This document shows, piece after piece, positions 48,001 to 62,600 of a stretch of 64,000 bases of DNA. Both the position numbers and the translations under genes were made by a program. The notes beneath the pieces are model-generated. The model saw only the letters and a list, made by a program, of their open reading frames with translations, made no database searches and had not been told where the DNA came from. Position 1 is the first letter of the stretch, and each line of letters starts with the position of its first letter. The stretch is from Podarcis muralis (taxonomy: Eukaryota): positions 85,436,001 to 85,500,000 of the forward strand of contig NC_135655.1 of NCBI RefSeq assembly GCF_964188315.1. The letters are read 5' to 3'.

Positions 48001-51000
48001 CAAGCTGCGCATCCACCGCCTGCGGGTCCACGAGAAGAAGCCCACCCACTTCTGCCCGCTCTGCGACTACAGCGGCTACATCCAGAACGACATCACCCGC
48101 CACGTCAACAGCTGCCACCAGGGGGAGCTGAACTTTGCCTGCGCCCACTGCCAAGCCCGCTTCAGCTCTGAGACGGCCCTCAAGCAGCATGCCCTGCGCC
48201 AGCATGAGGAGAAGGTCTCCTACGCCTGCCCTCGCTGCGCCTTCGTCTGCCACAGCGAGGCCACCCTCAAGTGCCACGTCCAGAAGCAGCACCCACACCT
48301 GGAGTGCGCCACCTGCAAGGCCACGCTGGCCACCCGCGAGGAGCTGGAGGAGCACAAGAAGCTGCACTTCAGCCACCGCTGCGACATCTGCAGCTACGCG
48401 GCCAAGGAGCGGCAGCAGCTGGTGAGCCACTACTTGGAGGCCCATGAGCCCCCCGCAGCCAGCGAGAGGCTGCTCAGGTGCTCCTTCTGTGACTTCAGTT
48501 GCTGCCACCAGCTGGTCCTGGACCACCACGTGAAGGGCCACGGTGGCACCCGCCTCTACAAGTGCTCCGACTGTGAGTACGCCACCAAGAACAAGCAGAA
48601 GATCACGTGGCACATCCGCATCCACACCGGAGAGAAGCCTTACAAGTGCCACCTGTGCCAGTACGCCTGCGCTGATCCTTCGCGCCTCAAGGTGAGAGCC
48701 ATCCATGCTTGGGATGATGGTTAATAATGATTGCCTTGCCTGATTTGTCCACTCCCTGCTCAATATGTACCTATCTGTTTTCCCTTTCGGAGGGACTTAA
48801 CTTTGGCTTCATTTGTTCTGGTTTTAACTTCCTGTTAAAAGATTTAATTGTCACCAGTGGAGTCAAAACCTATCCAGTAATTGTCTAATATGATCGCCTT
48901 TCAGTGACAGACCATATGAAACATCTGTTGCTATCTGGGGGGTTTTTTCAGCCCAGCTAGACTGGCTGCTTCCAGTCTGTGATTCTGATCTCTTCCTCCT
49001 CTCTTGAAATGTTACAACTCTCTCTTATGCTTCAGCCAGTCTTGCCCCTCTCCTGCATGCATTTTGAAAGGTGGAAATGAAAAACAAAAACAAAAAACAA
49101 AACTAAGGAGTGCCTCAGATGCGGTGGGTTAAGTCTGGCCTTTGTTACTGTGCCTTTTCAGTGCCTTACTGTCCGTAGTATTCCCTCTCTGTCCTCATGC
49201 AAGAGGACTATCATCCAGGTTGCCTGCTAGGACCACTGGTCCACTGGGTGAATTATTTTTTTCTTTATACAATTTATCTCCTGCCCTTCCTCCCAAAGGA
49301 GCCCAGGGTACCTGTTGATACATTTGCTTCACTGTTTAGTCTTCCTTGTTTCCTGGGTTCATAATAATGTTTCAGTCAAGTAACTGGATTAAACTACTTG
49401 TGAGGTTGGTGTCCCACATGTGTGACCCCCCCCCCATTTGTCTCCCTCTCTCTGCCCAGTATCACATGCGCATACACAAGGAGGAGAGGAAGTACCTTTG
49501 CCCAGAATGCGGCTACAAGTGCAAGTGGGTGAATCAACTGAAGTACCACATGACAAAGCATACAGGCAAGTGCTTCACTGGAATATGGAGGTCTGGGAAC
49601 TCAGGAGCTAGAAAGGGCAACCTCTGTCCCTTTTGGCGGATAAAGCTTTGCAGGGCCATGTGTTTTGTTCACATGATGTGAAGAACAGAACCTCTTGTAG
49701 CCTTCCAAAAGCTGTATGCAGAGGCAAACAGTTGGCATGGTCCAGATTTGATAGAGATTTCTTTCATCACAATTGGATTTATGAGAGTAGGCACGGTGAT
49801 CTGTAGATTCTTGAAGAAATGTGGCAGTATGTTCTGTGAAGAACTAAACAGATTATTGTCCCTTGTGAGATGGTGCTGGTCCACCAATGCATCTATTTTG
49901 GGTGGGGACATCAGAGTAAAGAACTGGCTGTAGCTTTTGGAAGTGTTGGTACACATCAAATTTTTAAATACATATCTCACCGCAGGCATTTTTTACATGC
50001 TAACAAGTTTAGCCCATACCAGTTTCATGCCTGTCCCTGGGAGCGATTGCTGGACCCTTGCAGGCTGAATGGCACTCTTGCTTTCATTGTTCCATCTCCA
50101 ATCCTTCTAGTTAATAATGCACTGAATGCCACACTGATGAAACTTGGGCCGTGCTTAGAGTATACCCATTGAAATCAACAGGCTTAAGTTAGCCATGTCC
50201 ATTGATTTAATAGGTCTGCTCTGAGTCTGATACAACTGCTTATTTCCATTTGAGAGCATTTCTGCCTGGTAGCATTTGGGCTGCTGAAGTAGTTTTCATT
50301 AGAATTTGGGGTATTTTTATAGCCATAGTTCCAAGGCCAACATATGAGGCTGCAGTAATGGGTGGAGATTTGGGGACACTCCTTTCACCAGGGCATGCAC
50401 CATCCTGCAGAACATGGATGAGCGGCAATGTTGAGCACTGTTGAGGACACATGGGCTGTGGCTTGGTTTTGATGGTCTGGCATCTCCCACCTGCTTCCAG
50501 TGTGTTGCTCTGTGCTTTCTACACAGGGATCAAGCCATATCAGTGTGACGAGTGCGAGTACTGCACCAACCGTGCCGATGCCCTGCGCATCCACAAGGAG
50601 ACGCGCCACCGCGAGGCCCGCTCTTTCATCTGCGAGCAGTGCGGGAAGGCCTTTAAGACTCGCTTCCTCCTTAAGACACACCTGAAGAAGCACAGCGAGG
50701 AAAAGCCGTACGTCTGCAACGTCTGCTACCGGGGTTTCCGGTGGGCAGCCGGCTTGCGGCATCACTATCTCACGCACACCAACGAGCACCCTTTCTTCTG
50801 CCGCTACTGCAGCTACAAAGCCAAGCAGAAGTTCCAAGTGATCAAGCATCTGCAGAGGCACCACCCTGAGCAGGGCGGGACGGAGGGGGATCTCAGCAAA
50901 GGGGTGGGCAAGGACCCTAGTACACTTCCTGTCCACCTGCATGATGCTCAGCTGGAGATTCCCCCCTCCAAGCACCCAGAGGTGATTGATGCCCAGGTGT

Positions 51001-51014
51001 CACCGCATGGCTAA
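39012..51014 (+). CDS. ZNF142: C2H2 zinc finger protein 142, about 2011 aa
   Basis: Eight phase-consistent exons: 39012-39273, 40945-41658, 42217-42459, 43007-43819 (GC donor), 45159-45336, 45460-48691, 49460-49565 (GC donor), 50527-51014 = 6036 nt. LFKTHMCPECKRCFKKRTHLVEHLHLHFPDP and YQCNQCSYRCHRADQLSSHKLRHQGK match human ZNF142 as recalled; synteny agrees. Confidence 0.95.
40329..40505 (-). mobile_element. L2 3' end fragment with (TTA)n tail
   Basis: Near-identical to 21483-21610 (cccgcccatctggctgagtttcc..ccactctgggtggctcccaatca..aaaaacttccct..acagggctgcctt). Confidence 0.8.
43990..44135 (+). mobile_element. MIR/CORE-like SINE remnant
   Basis: cttgggtaagtcacatactctcag..aacctgcctcacagggtt resembles the CORE block. 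Confidence 0.4.
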
Positions 51015-53954
51015 GTCAAACCTGGGGGGAAATGGACTTTGCACATTGAGACGACACTTTGCTGTGGTTTCCATGAACTGGAAGTGGGTGGAAGCCCTCA
51101 GCCTGGAAGCACCCGATGTGCCCGTCCAAGCTGTTTCAAGCCCGCTAGGGCAAACACTGGCCTCTCTAGGTCAGGCGTACGCCATTGTGTATGTTTTATA
51201 GTCATATCTGTACATGGGATGTAAAATATGTGACTGTATAAAAGGGATCTCCAGCTTTCTTTGCAATTTTGATGGTGTTGAATTCTTTGCTTTGCCCAAT
51301 AGGGCAGTCAAGGTGAAGGGTGAGTGCTGGGAGAAACAATACTTTATAGAAGTTGGGAGGGAGGATTGAGCCTGGCTTCTGAAGAAGGGTCTTGGTATGA
51401 GAATAGTTACTCATAAGGTCCCATGCTTTCTAATAAGTCTGCAGTATTGGGAAATGGTCTTCCCTGCTGAAAGTTGGATCCAAGAACCTCAGGACAGAAC
51501 TTTGTGATGCACAACGTATATTTTTGTGCTACCAGCCTTCTGCCTGATGCATTTAAAAATGAAGTTACTCCTTTCATATCCATCTGGACTTAACCATCCA
51601 GGAGTTTTTTACCTTTACCGTTTTTTACACCAAACATTTGTGTTACTGTGGAATGATGTTCATTTTAATCAGACAGTGCTAATTTGCAAGAGCTGCTTTC
51701 TGCTTGCAGGAATTTCAAAATTGGCATGGAAGGTCTTGTATATACTTCTTGCCAGTGGCTGCAGTGGGAGAGGCTTGGCATTTTCTTCCTTTCTTCTAGG
51801 GAGTGCAGGGACACATGTCAATCTTACTTGGAAGTAATCAGTTTGTTCCAGCTTGCAAATGATGAGAGTATTTGATAAAGCCTCTTTATGACGGGCCAGG
51901 AGCACTTAGCAGGTTGCTGTCTTGGAAACCCTTATGACAAAGTGAGTTTATAGCTGCACTTAATTGATTTTTGACATTGTAGTACTGTGCAGCTTTACTA
52001 AGCTAAGCCTTTGCCTTTCAGGTTCACGTACTTTCCACCCCTGCAGTGTTTTCTATGAAGATTGCTCATGACGTGTGTGTTCACTTTTGCTGAAAGGCAA
52101 GTTAGGTGCTGAGGCTGCAGAACACTGAGAGTTGTAAAAATTTTGAGCAGTAAGGTCATGGCATACTTGTCCACTTTTTAAATTTCATGTGCGTTTACTA
52201 ACTCTAGTGTACACTGTGATATGCACAGATCAGACACTCGCCCATCCTTTATTTCCCCCTAAATGATGTGTCTGAGACCAGAAATATTCATTCTGAGCAA
52301 CAGAACAGGCACCAGGACCTGAAGCCATCCTTTGCCTCCTAGTTTGAGCTGCTACTCCAAGAGCTGTGTTTTGAGTGTGAGTGTGTGATGCACAAAAAGA
52401 GAGTCTCCCTCTTGTTCTTGTATATGCATATGGTTGCTGTGAATGAAAGATGTCCGCTTCTTTGGAAACTCAGCTAAGCCCAGTCTTCCTCATTTTATGG
52501 TAAACTCCAGGGGTTTGTGTTTCTTTTTTTTCTGTAGCCCACAACATTTATGAAAGGCTCTGCAGCTTTGATTATGTCATGGAATGGATGTCTTCTAACA
52601 GAAAATTGAGTAGGTACTGCCATTTCCTAAGAATTGCAAATTTAAGGTTGATTTCTACTGCTGTGGTAGTCTTAAACATTGCTTTTTTGTTCCTATATGC
52701 TCATGTTTTGCTTGTGGATTTCTCATTTCTCATGGGAAATGGGATGCTGGACAACATAGGACTTCTTTGCTTCTTTTCTATAGCTCTTCATTTTCCCTGT
52801 GTTTTAATCTTTATTCCCAACCTTCAGTTAGCAAAAATCTAAATTGTGCAATGAAACGAAGCCATGAAAATGTGCATAAATTACCCCATGGCATAATTGT
52901 ATGTCACCTCAGCTCCCCACTTTGCTGTGTTTGAAACTCCCAGCATTTTAGGCACATTTTGCAACAGGGAATTTCAGACCATTTTAAACTTGTCTTTTTA
53001 TTATTTTGATAAAACCAATTTGCATATGTAGGGTCTCGGCCCTTTACAAAGGAGGCAGTATTTGGGAAGTAAATGACATTCCATGCATTGCTATAGATAT
53101 TTTTAGACATATATTGCATCTGTAAACATACCTGAGTTAAACAAAGATGTACAAGTAGGAGGGTTGTGGCTAGGGAACAAGACAAGCTGACTGGATGCAT
53201 AGGCATGCTGTAAACAGGCAAGCTAGCTTGCAGGTAACTGTGTCACATCTGTCACAGCCAAAGTGCTGTTTCCACATGAATTAGGTTTTTGCTCTGTGAG
53301 ACTCTAGCCCAAGGGCAGCCAACATGGCACTTTCCAGATATAGTTGAACAACATCTACCATCATCATCATCAGATAGCATGTTCAGTAGCCAGGTATGCT
53401 AGGAGTTGGAGTCCAGCATTGAGGGCATCATGCTGACTATCCCTGATCTGGGACTGGCAAAGTGCAACTGGCTTCCAGTTGAAGGGTGTACTTCAAATGA
53501 ATGAGGGACTACAATTCCCATCATCCCTGGTCAACCTGGCTAATGGTAAAGGATAATGGGAGTTGTAGTTCAGCAGCCACCACATTGGCTGCCTCACTGC
53601 TCTAGTCCATTTAGACTTAAGATGGAGGCAGCTTTTATAGTATCAAATTCCTCTTCTTTTGGCTACTTTAGAGTTGCGGTGAGTTATCCTGTCTTTTGAT
53701 TTTTCAACCAGCAGGCCTCTGTAGTTCTATCTGCTATTTCTGCTTCCCAGCAAAAATCATTCCACACAAAAGGGTTGCCTCTCAGAGGCAGAAGCCTGTG
53801 GCTGCTATGTGGAAGTTGTACATGCACTATTTTGTGTGACTGGATAATTTAACAACTGAGCACAAAAGCACTGGAGTATACCTACTGCGAGACCAGTCTA
53901 AATGGTAAGGAGCTGAGCCATGGCTATAGAGGCAAGCAACCTTGTTGTTTTGCC

Positions 53955-54850
53955 TTGGTAATGGACAGGATGAGAGCAAACAAACTGAAGCTTAATCCAC
54001 CTAAGACTGAAGTACTGTTAGTGGGTGATTCCCTAGACCGGATGGATGGGGATGCACTCCCTCTGAAGGAGCAGATACATAGCTTGGGGGTACTTCAGGG
54101 TCCTTTGCTGTCGCTTGAGGCTCAGGTGGCCTGAGCAACCCAGAATGCCTTCCATCAGCTTGGGCTGATGGCCCTACCCCTATGCCCCTATCTGGGCAGG
54201 GATAGCTTAACTTCTGTCATCTATGCTCTGATAACCTATAGGTTAGTTTATTGCAACGCATTATATGTAGGGCTGCCTCTGAAGATGGTTCGGAAACTTT
54301 AGCTGGTGCAGAATTTGGCAGCCAGGTTGCTCACTGGGGCAAAACAGGTTGAGCATATTACATCAATCCTGGCCTGACTGCACTGGCTGCCAATTAGTTT
54401 CCAGGCCCAATTCTAAGTGCTGGTTTTGACCTATAAAGCCCTAAACGGCTGAAGACTGCAATACCTCAAGGACTGCCCCTCCCCACACGAACCTACCCAA
54501 ACAATGTGATCATAATCTGAGGCCTTTGTGTGCCTCCACAAGAGGTCAATAGGGTGTCAACATAAGAACAGGCTGTTTTCTGTGGTGGCTCCCTGTTTGT
54601 GAAATGCTCTCCCCAGGGAAGGCCACCTGGAACCTAGGTGCCAGGTGAAAACATTTCTCTTCAACCAGGCATTCAAGTGATTAGCATTCTGTAGCCTTTT
54701 AAATGTATTTGTGGGAGGGGAATTAATGGTTTGCTTTTGTTTACGTTTTATTATGCAGTTTCTATTCTCATTTTGTATTTTTCTATTGTGAACTGCCCTG
54801 GGATTTTTGGATGAAGGGCGGGATACAAAACTAATTAATAATAACAGTAA
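53955..54850 (+). mobile_element. Older L2 LINE 3' fragment (RT C-terminus and 3' UTR)
   Basis: Decayed MRANKLKLNP.KTEVLLV, LQLVQNLAARLL and LHWLP..F..Q motifs with stops; ends in an AT-rich tail. Confidence 0.8.
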
Positions 54851-56673
54851 TAAGAATTGTGTCACTGGGTACATTTTTTGAGGAAGTGCTGCGGGTACCA
54901 GTCACAAAATGGCTGCTGTAGGAATGTGGCATAACAGAAAATGACTACCACATGACTAAGAGAACAGACAAGGAGGACCACAAATGGTACAGATAGCCAA
55001 GCCCCCCTCCAATCATTAGGGGGAGGAGGACACCAAAAGCGTGTACAATCCGGTATCTAATGAAATAGGGTTGAACAAGAAGCTCAAACAGTCTCTTGCA
55101 CATTATGGATTTTTGAGATGTTTGCTGAGACCTTCTTTGAGCACCATAGGAACTAGTTGATGCACTGTCACCTGTGGGTTCTGTGTTGGCGACCGTTGTT
55201 CTCATCACATTTTTGTGGAGCTAGCATCTTAATTGCATCAGAAAAAAAGGTGTTATGTTTATGGAGGCTTTGAGAATACCAAGGCATTCCTGCTGTGGAA
55301 GAATTCTTACTGAGGAGTCAGTTGTATGAATATTGTTAGTGCTGATGCAGAAAAAGACAAGCTCATCTATAAGAATCTTATCACTTCCTGCTTGGAGTTG
55401 ATTTAGAGGATGATTCGAGTCTAGCCAACATCTTTCTATATAAAGGCAGAATTAGACTGTCAGAGCTCCTTGGCCAACACATACTTGACAGGAAGCCAAT
55501 GGTTATTGAGCTGAGAAAAGGAGTTGTTGGCATTCCTTCTATCTTTATGGCAGTCTTCAAGGAATCAGTGGGATAAGTCCTTTCTACTCTTTCCCTGAGG
55601 GCTGATAATCATAGGCACACACTGTACATCATTTGATGGCTTCTACCTAGCTGTGCAAACTGCCTCCATTGGAAAGTATTGTTAGCGGCTCTGTGGAAGG
55701 CTTTCCATGTGCGATGTCAGTTTCCCAGATGCATGTTGTCAAATGTTTGCTAAGCGATAAACATCCATATATACAAGCACCCTATTAGCTGCTAACTGGG
55801 TGGTGGTAACGGGAGGGCTACAGCTAGGAGATGAGGAAGGGGGAAATCTTGTAGTATCTCAGTACCATTCAGATTGGGCAAGGGGAATAAATAAAGCAGG
55901 GTTTCCCCTTTCTCATATGCAGTCTGCAAGGGAAAAGAGCAGGTGGTCCAACAGCTTAGCTTCTTCCTGTCTCTTTTGCTCAGTTAGAAAGAGATGCTGC
56001 CACAAGAGTCAACACCGGAATCCTTTCTCTCTTCTCTCGGTTATTGCCAAATCTTGTCAGGAGCATCCAGGAAAAGCTTGATCAGCCACCTTCTGATGCT
56101 ACTTTGAAGGTGGCCAGCAGACTGGACCTACTTCTGGGCCCAGATCAGGAGAGTTGCCCTTGAAGACAGGTGGAAAAACAAAGCCCTTTGGAAAGACTTG
56201 ATGGTTGGCTGACGTTATTGAAAGAAATTCACTCTTCCTTTTGAATATCGTTAAGTCTGCTTTGGGGTAGGTCCCATTCGTGGCTGCAGTAGCCTGTCCT
56301 GCCCTTTTTGCACAACGGAGGTAGATTTTAAAACTGAACCATACGAGTGGACAGATATAGTTGGAGGGTCTGGGAACTGTGCAAATCACAATAGTTTAAA
56401 TTCTTTCTTTAAAAAAATAGCAGCAAAATGATACAAAACTGTTGGGTTGGGTTTTCGTTTTGAAAAAATAATAATAATAATATATATATATATAGTAGTG
56501 CAAAGTAACTTTTCAGTCCAGTGCTGTGTAGGAACAAGAGAGGCAGGCAGATGGAGTGGGGTATGGCATCCATTCTTAAGACAACTCTTGTCCCCTTTCC
56601 CTCCCCCTCCCCCCACATTCTCCAACCTAAATGGGGCAGAGAGGGAAGAGCTGTATTTGGAGACACAGTTGCT

Positions 56674-59600
56674 TTAGTCACTCTCTGTTGACAACTCCCT
56701 GATTCGGATATGGACAAATAGGGAGGCTGGTGGGATCCCCGTCCCATCCTTGGAAAGAAGGTGGATGTGGCGGTATCCTGCATGGGAGACAAAAAAAAAA
56801 GACAAAAAAAGAGCCACGCACAGTGTTTGAAGCTGCCTTGTGTTGAGTTAGGCCAAGGGTAACCAACCATGTTGTTGGGCTCCAGCTGCCATCAGCCCCA
56901 GCCAGCACGGCCAGTGGCCAGGGATTGTGGGAGCTGTACTTCAATAACACCTGGAGAGTCCTATGCTTGCTATCCCTGAGTTAAACTACTGGTCCATCCA
57001 GCCCAACTCTGCCTACTATAACCAGCAGAGCCCTGGTGGGATCCTAAAAACAAACACAAACCAGGGCTCATCTGCATGCATAGCCTGTGCTCTCCTCCTG
57101 AGCTCTAGATAATGCTACAGGCAGAGATATGGGCATAGTCAAGGGGGGATGGGGGGCAGAAAAGCATTGAAAGTACTTAGTTGATTGAGGTTCCTGGCTA
57201 CACCCATGGGCAGAGAGCACAATGAATGGTTACAAATTCTGGGTTTCTCCCATTCCTTTGAGTAGATTTGATGTTTTATATATTCTGCTTGTCCTGCAGC
57301 AGATGCATTTATTCGGTTGATCACAGCTACAGCCTGTAGAAGTGTGTATTCTAGCACCAATACAGGGCACAGTATTTCTCTTCTCCACTAGATGGAGACA
57401 ACATGAGCTCCCTCCCTCCCCCTACAAAAAATAAAAATTAATGTATGTACACAGGATGGAAATGCAAAACTCTGCAGTGTGATCTAGCAGCAGCTACAAG
57501 TATGGTAATAACTAATCCAAATACTAAGGAAGCAAATCCATTGATTCTGAGGATGGAATCATACATATTCCTGCCCCCCCCCAGCCATCCTGCAAAGTGA
57601 GTTGTACTTCTCATGGGGGAGAATTAATTTGTGGGTTGTGATAAACGTCAGGCCTGCTTTGGAATTAAAAGTAAAAAAAAAGAAGAAAAGAATTCAGAGA
57701 GCAGCTGTATAGGTTTAAAAGGGCAGCATCTTTAACTGCATCTCAATCAAACTGATTGATTGAATCCAGACTTACAATGCACTCCTGATTCCACTTACCT
57801 GGGTAAGCCTCACTGAACTCAGTGGGATTTACCGGTACTTCTGAGAAGACATGGTTAGAAGGGCCCTGGTAGTCATTAAGGGCTCCTTCACACTTCCACT
57901 TGTCTTGTGCCTGGAAAATGGGTCCAAGTGGCTATTCCTTTGCCCCACTGCTTTCCCCTGGAAAACCTGCTCTTTACTGCTGAATTGAAACAAATGGCAA
58001 CGCAACAAAAACCTGATTGCTGTTTGGCTCCATTTAGCAGTAAACCACAGGTTTCTCCAGGGGAAAGTGGCAGGGCAAACGGAGGTGTGGATGAGCCCAG
58101 AGTCTGGATCTAATACTATGTACTTTTGTGTTGTACTGTGGTCATAATATCCATGTGCTGATTTACTGAGTTGTTACAGTCTCTGTTGAAGGGGGTAACT
58201 TAGTCTGCCTTCCTTATGTACACAAATAACTGTCTCTGGCTAACCTTGACTGACCTGCCAGGGATGCATTCGTCTCTTGATCTTGGCAGCAAACTGGCAC
58301 AAGATAGTCACACCCCACAGGGCTGAGAGGGAGATGCTCACCTGCTTTGACACTAGTAAGAGGTAGAGTGTACTGTCCCACAAAGTCATTCCGAGATGCC
58401 TTGTCATAATCCTCCACCACAAAGCGCAGAAGTGCCAGCTCTGGTACCCAAACCTGGAACTGAAAGGCCTCATTCCATTGTGGGTTAAAACCTATCCAGG
58501 GATATTAAAGTGAAAAGAGGGTGTTGTCACAGCACATAACCTGTATGTGTCCCCCAGCCTCTGTCCATCTTCACCTCCATAAAATCTCACACAACTTCCC
58601 TCTGCATTGCTGCTTCTGAGATTCCTAAACTGCTCTGGTCTAACCTCAAAAACACCTGCCCTCTTTGCATCACTTTTCTACTACTATGAATGGTCCAACT
58701 GGGCTTTTAGCATTTTCAATGCCCCAGGAAAAAAGAGAGAAGATGCCTTTAAGTGGGAAACCAATGTCCCCACTGTGGAAGGATGTGTGGGTCCAGAATT
58801 GGCCTCCACAGTCACTTATGGACTCATTGTTAAAACTGTGTTTATGGAAGACAATCTCACTTGGCTACGAGTGGTCGCCAAAGAAGAAGGAAGAAGATAT
58901 GCATATACTATTGTGGGACCTTGGTGGAGAATTTACCTTTTTTGCAAAGTTCAACTTCCTTTTCAAAATGACTATGCAAATTTCTACCCTGCCTGGGTGC
59001 GAAGGAAAACAGGAAAATGTAATGGAGAATGGACACATGTTAGTCATGAGGTGAAGCTTCACTTATGTCAATGGGACAAATCGGCTGCAACTCATTTTGT
59101 TTTATTTTAATGTATTTATGGGCTGCTCTTTAGGTAAGACATTTCAAACTGTCTAAAATAATAAATACAATACACAACAGCATAAGAACATCAGCACATA
59201 CCAATCCACTGTTTTCAAAGAGGCTTAGTCATACAACTCACATTTGCTGGATTGTGCCCAGTGTGGTAGGCCACAGACATGGAAACCCAAGGCTTCCAAA
59301 GGTGGCTCATATGCCCTACACATGAGTTATTTGCTTCTTTGGGGCTCCAAGTCCCCCTAATAAATCTTTCCCCTGTTACCTGTTCCCACCTCTGCTGCTT
59401 CCTTGTACTTTACCACCCCAGTTCTTACCAAAAACAAAAACATCACAATTTAAAACCATGCCTGACATGCCTAGTATTTTAAGGACATTCATTCCTATTG
59501 AAGAATTTGGTTTTTTAAAATGTAGAATCTGAGTTCCCTTGGCACAGATAACACCAGGATATTCATTCATTCATCCTTAAGTAAATAAGAATGAGGGGCA

Positions 59601-62600
59601 TCCATGTTGACACATGCATGAGGTCCACATAAAACCCCATCTCAGCAGTTCTTTACAATGACCAAGAGAATTGCCTCACCGTTATCATCAATATATTTGG
59701 TCTCCTGCTTGGCACTATCAGCAGGGATCCCATGAATCTCCACTCGCACTAGTGGATCGATGATGGAGCCTTCTTTGCTGTTGGGCATCTTGGGGAGTTG
59801 CTGCCCACTAATGATCTGGAAGAGAAGCTTATGGTGAGCATAGAAGAGCAGTCAAGTCCATATGTGCAAACAGCAATGTGTCAGCAGCTGCACCCTGCAA
59901 CTCAAGCAGCTCAAAACAGTGACAAAGGAAGTTGGTCACTTTGGCATATAAGCCCAAAGACACAAAGGACTTGGAACAACACTCTGCCTGCTTGATACAG
60001 TGGTACCTTGGTTTTCGAATGTAATCTGCTCCAGAAGACCGTTTGAGTTCTCAAACGTTCAAAAACCGAAAACTCAAAACGGAAGCCTCAAAATGGAAAA
60101 CTCAATTGGGAAAACTCAAAACGGAAGCTGTGTGGCATGTTCGACTTCCAAAAAGTGCTCAAAAACTGAAGCATTTACTTCTGGGTTTACGACGTTTGAA
60201 AACCAAAACGTTCATCAAGGAGACGTTCGAAAACCGAGGTACCACTTTATCCCAAACTCAGTTTTTCCAACAGAAGTTGATCTTTGACTCAACCAGGTAT
60301 AGGGAAACTTTGGCCCTCCAGATATGGCTTACCTACAACTCTCATCAGCCCCAGAAGCATGGCCAGTGGCCATGTTAGTTCAGCAGCATGAGAGTCAAAT
60401 ATTCCCCACATCTGCAGTAGGATAGTAGCACTGAGTAGCTATTAAAAGATAGCAGGGTAGATAAAGCCTCTCTCTAGGTCGGACAGAAATTTTCCAAGAT
60501 GGGGGCCACATTCTCTCATAGACATCTGGAAGCTTCTTATTCCAATACGTTTTTCTCTAAAATCCTAAAAGCCCTGTTAGGTTAAGGTATGGGCAACAAA
60601 CTCACACAGTACCTTAATGGCTATGTTCAGGGGGCTACCATTCTCCCTGCTTTGGGGGTTCTCAGGACTGAAGGCTGTCTCTGGGTCTTTCATGAAGCTC
60701 GGCTTTAACACGTAGCCACAGCGGCCATTTTTACTGAAGAGCCCATCGCACAAGTCCATCTCTGTACCAGCCGTTTGAAAATTCAAGGCCACTGGGAGGA
60801 GGAGGAGGAGGAGACAGGAATCTTTCAGACCAGCAGCAATTGGAGGCAAACAAGAGAGCAGTCTTCTAGCTCTTGCTAGCTTCTTCCATGCAAGGCATCT
60901 TAGAAATACAAATTAAAGCCCAAACTGCACACTGTGGAGAGAGGGCCATCAACCCACATCTCCCTAATAATGGGGATAAAACACATGACATATCATTGTC
61001 TTAGTGTTTCCCTCCCTACACCCACTTATCCCATTTCTGGATCTCTATCTTCCCTCAGTTCCTGCCTTTCGAATCTGCATTTGCAAGCTTGAAGAAAGCT
61101 GAGGAAACCAACATTCAGAAGAGTTGGGGGGAAAACCCTTCCCCCATATAAGAACAGCCATGCTGTAAAGCCCAGTTTTGACCGCTAAGGCTTGGCAATA
61201 GCAGAATAAATAACTATTATTTATAAAGCACCACTTTGAACACTCTGAAGCACACTGTATATTTATTTTACATCTTGTCTTTCTGCCATCATAGAACCCA
61301 GTGTGGCATACATATGTCTCACAGACAGTCACCCCCAGACCTGCAATGTCGTAACCTTATGTGCCTTCAGATGCTGGGATCAGGTTTACTTACTTACAAT
61401 ATCCAAGGGTGGAACAGCTTGCTACTTCAGCAAAGTTTGCTGAGACACAAATGAGGAGGGGATTTCCAGGAGAGGATCAGTGTAGTAGGAGTAGTTAACC
61501 CTTCCCTAGATTGCCATCTTGCCAAAAATACTCCTTGGCATATGACAACTCGTCCCCCTCCCAGAAAGCAGGATTCTGAGGCTAGGCAAATGAAGGGGAG
61601 GCAGCATTTGTGGGAATAAGTGAATAAATATAGCCCTGTTGGCTCAAACCAAAGGCCTGTTTAGTCAGCCTCCTGTTTCCCACAATGGACAATCAGATGT
61701 GCAAGTGTGTGCTCTCTGTCTCTCTGTGTCTGTGTCTGCGTCTCCCTCTCATTCCCCAGTGACTGCTAGTCAGAGGAAAGCTGCTGCTGATTCTCAGGTA
61801 GCAGTCAGACATTATGACTCATAGCCATCAGTAGCCTTAGCCCCCAGCAGTTTGTCTAATCTCCCTTTTAAAAGCCATCTAAAGCCCCATCTGCACTTAA
61901 AGCAGTATCTCGCCACTTTAGTCCTGGCTTCCTCCACACACACACACACACAATCCTGCACTCTGTTCAAGGTGCCAAGAGATGCTAGGAGACTCTATTC
62001 TGCTCACAATCCCCAAAGTTCCAGGGGAAGAGGGTCTGATGGCTAGACCACTCTGGGAGCTGCAGCTCTGAAAAAAACAACAACACAAGGGTGACTTCCT
62101 CACCCACCCACCCCTTAAATCCTTCTGGGGCTGGCATACCCAGCTGGCACCCCACATTCCACATCGCCTGGGGGTTGTAATTGGAGGAGTCCGTCCGCAG
62201 ACCGCTGGGGAAGATGCGTGTCAGCTGCCAGGCATTATGGCGGATGAAGTCATTTCCTGCAGGAGGTAGTTAGCACACCAAAAGTTTAGAAATCTGGTAT
62301 TTGGGGAACCCCCTCTCCAGTTATTAGTGCTTGGAGAATGTGACCCTCTGCAACTAAGTGATGTGTGTGTCAGAGAAACAGTTTGCATCCAGTTTACCTA
62401 AAATGTAGACAGAGAACATGGAATTTCTAGCTGGTTAGTTGAAATTAGGGTGCGCACCCCACCCCAATGCGTGTGTAGGTCTTCACAAACTGCTTTCTGG
62501 GAATTTGATGCAGAATTAGAGTGGCTTTGCTGCCTGCTTACAAGAGGTTGTTTGCTTCCACTATGCTGTGCTGGTATGTTCTCTGACCCAAAGGAAACTG

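Noticed and set aside
47489-48763. 424-aa antisense ORF, and similar ones at 42982-43839, 45155-45796 and 41082-41642
   Set aside because: Shadow frames opposite GC3-rich ZNF142 zinc-finger exons.
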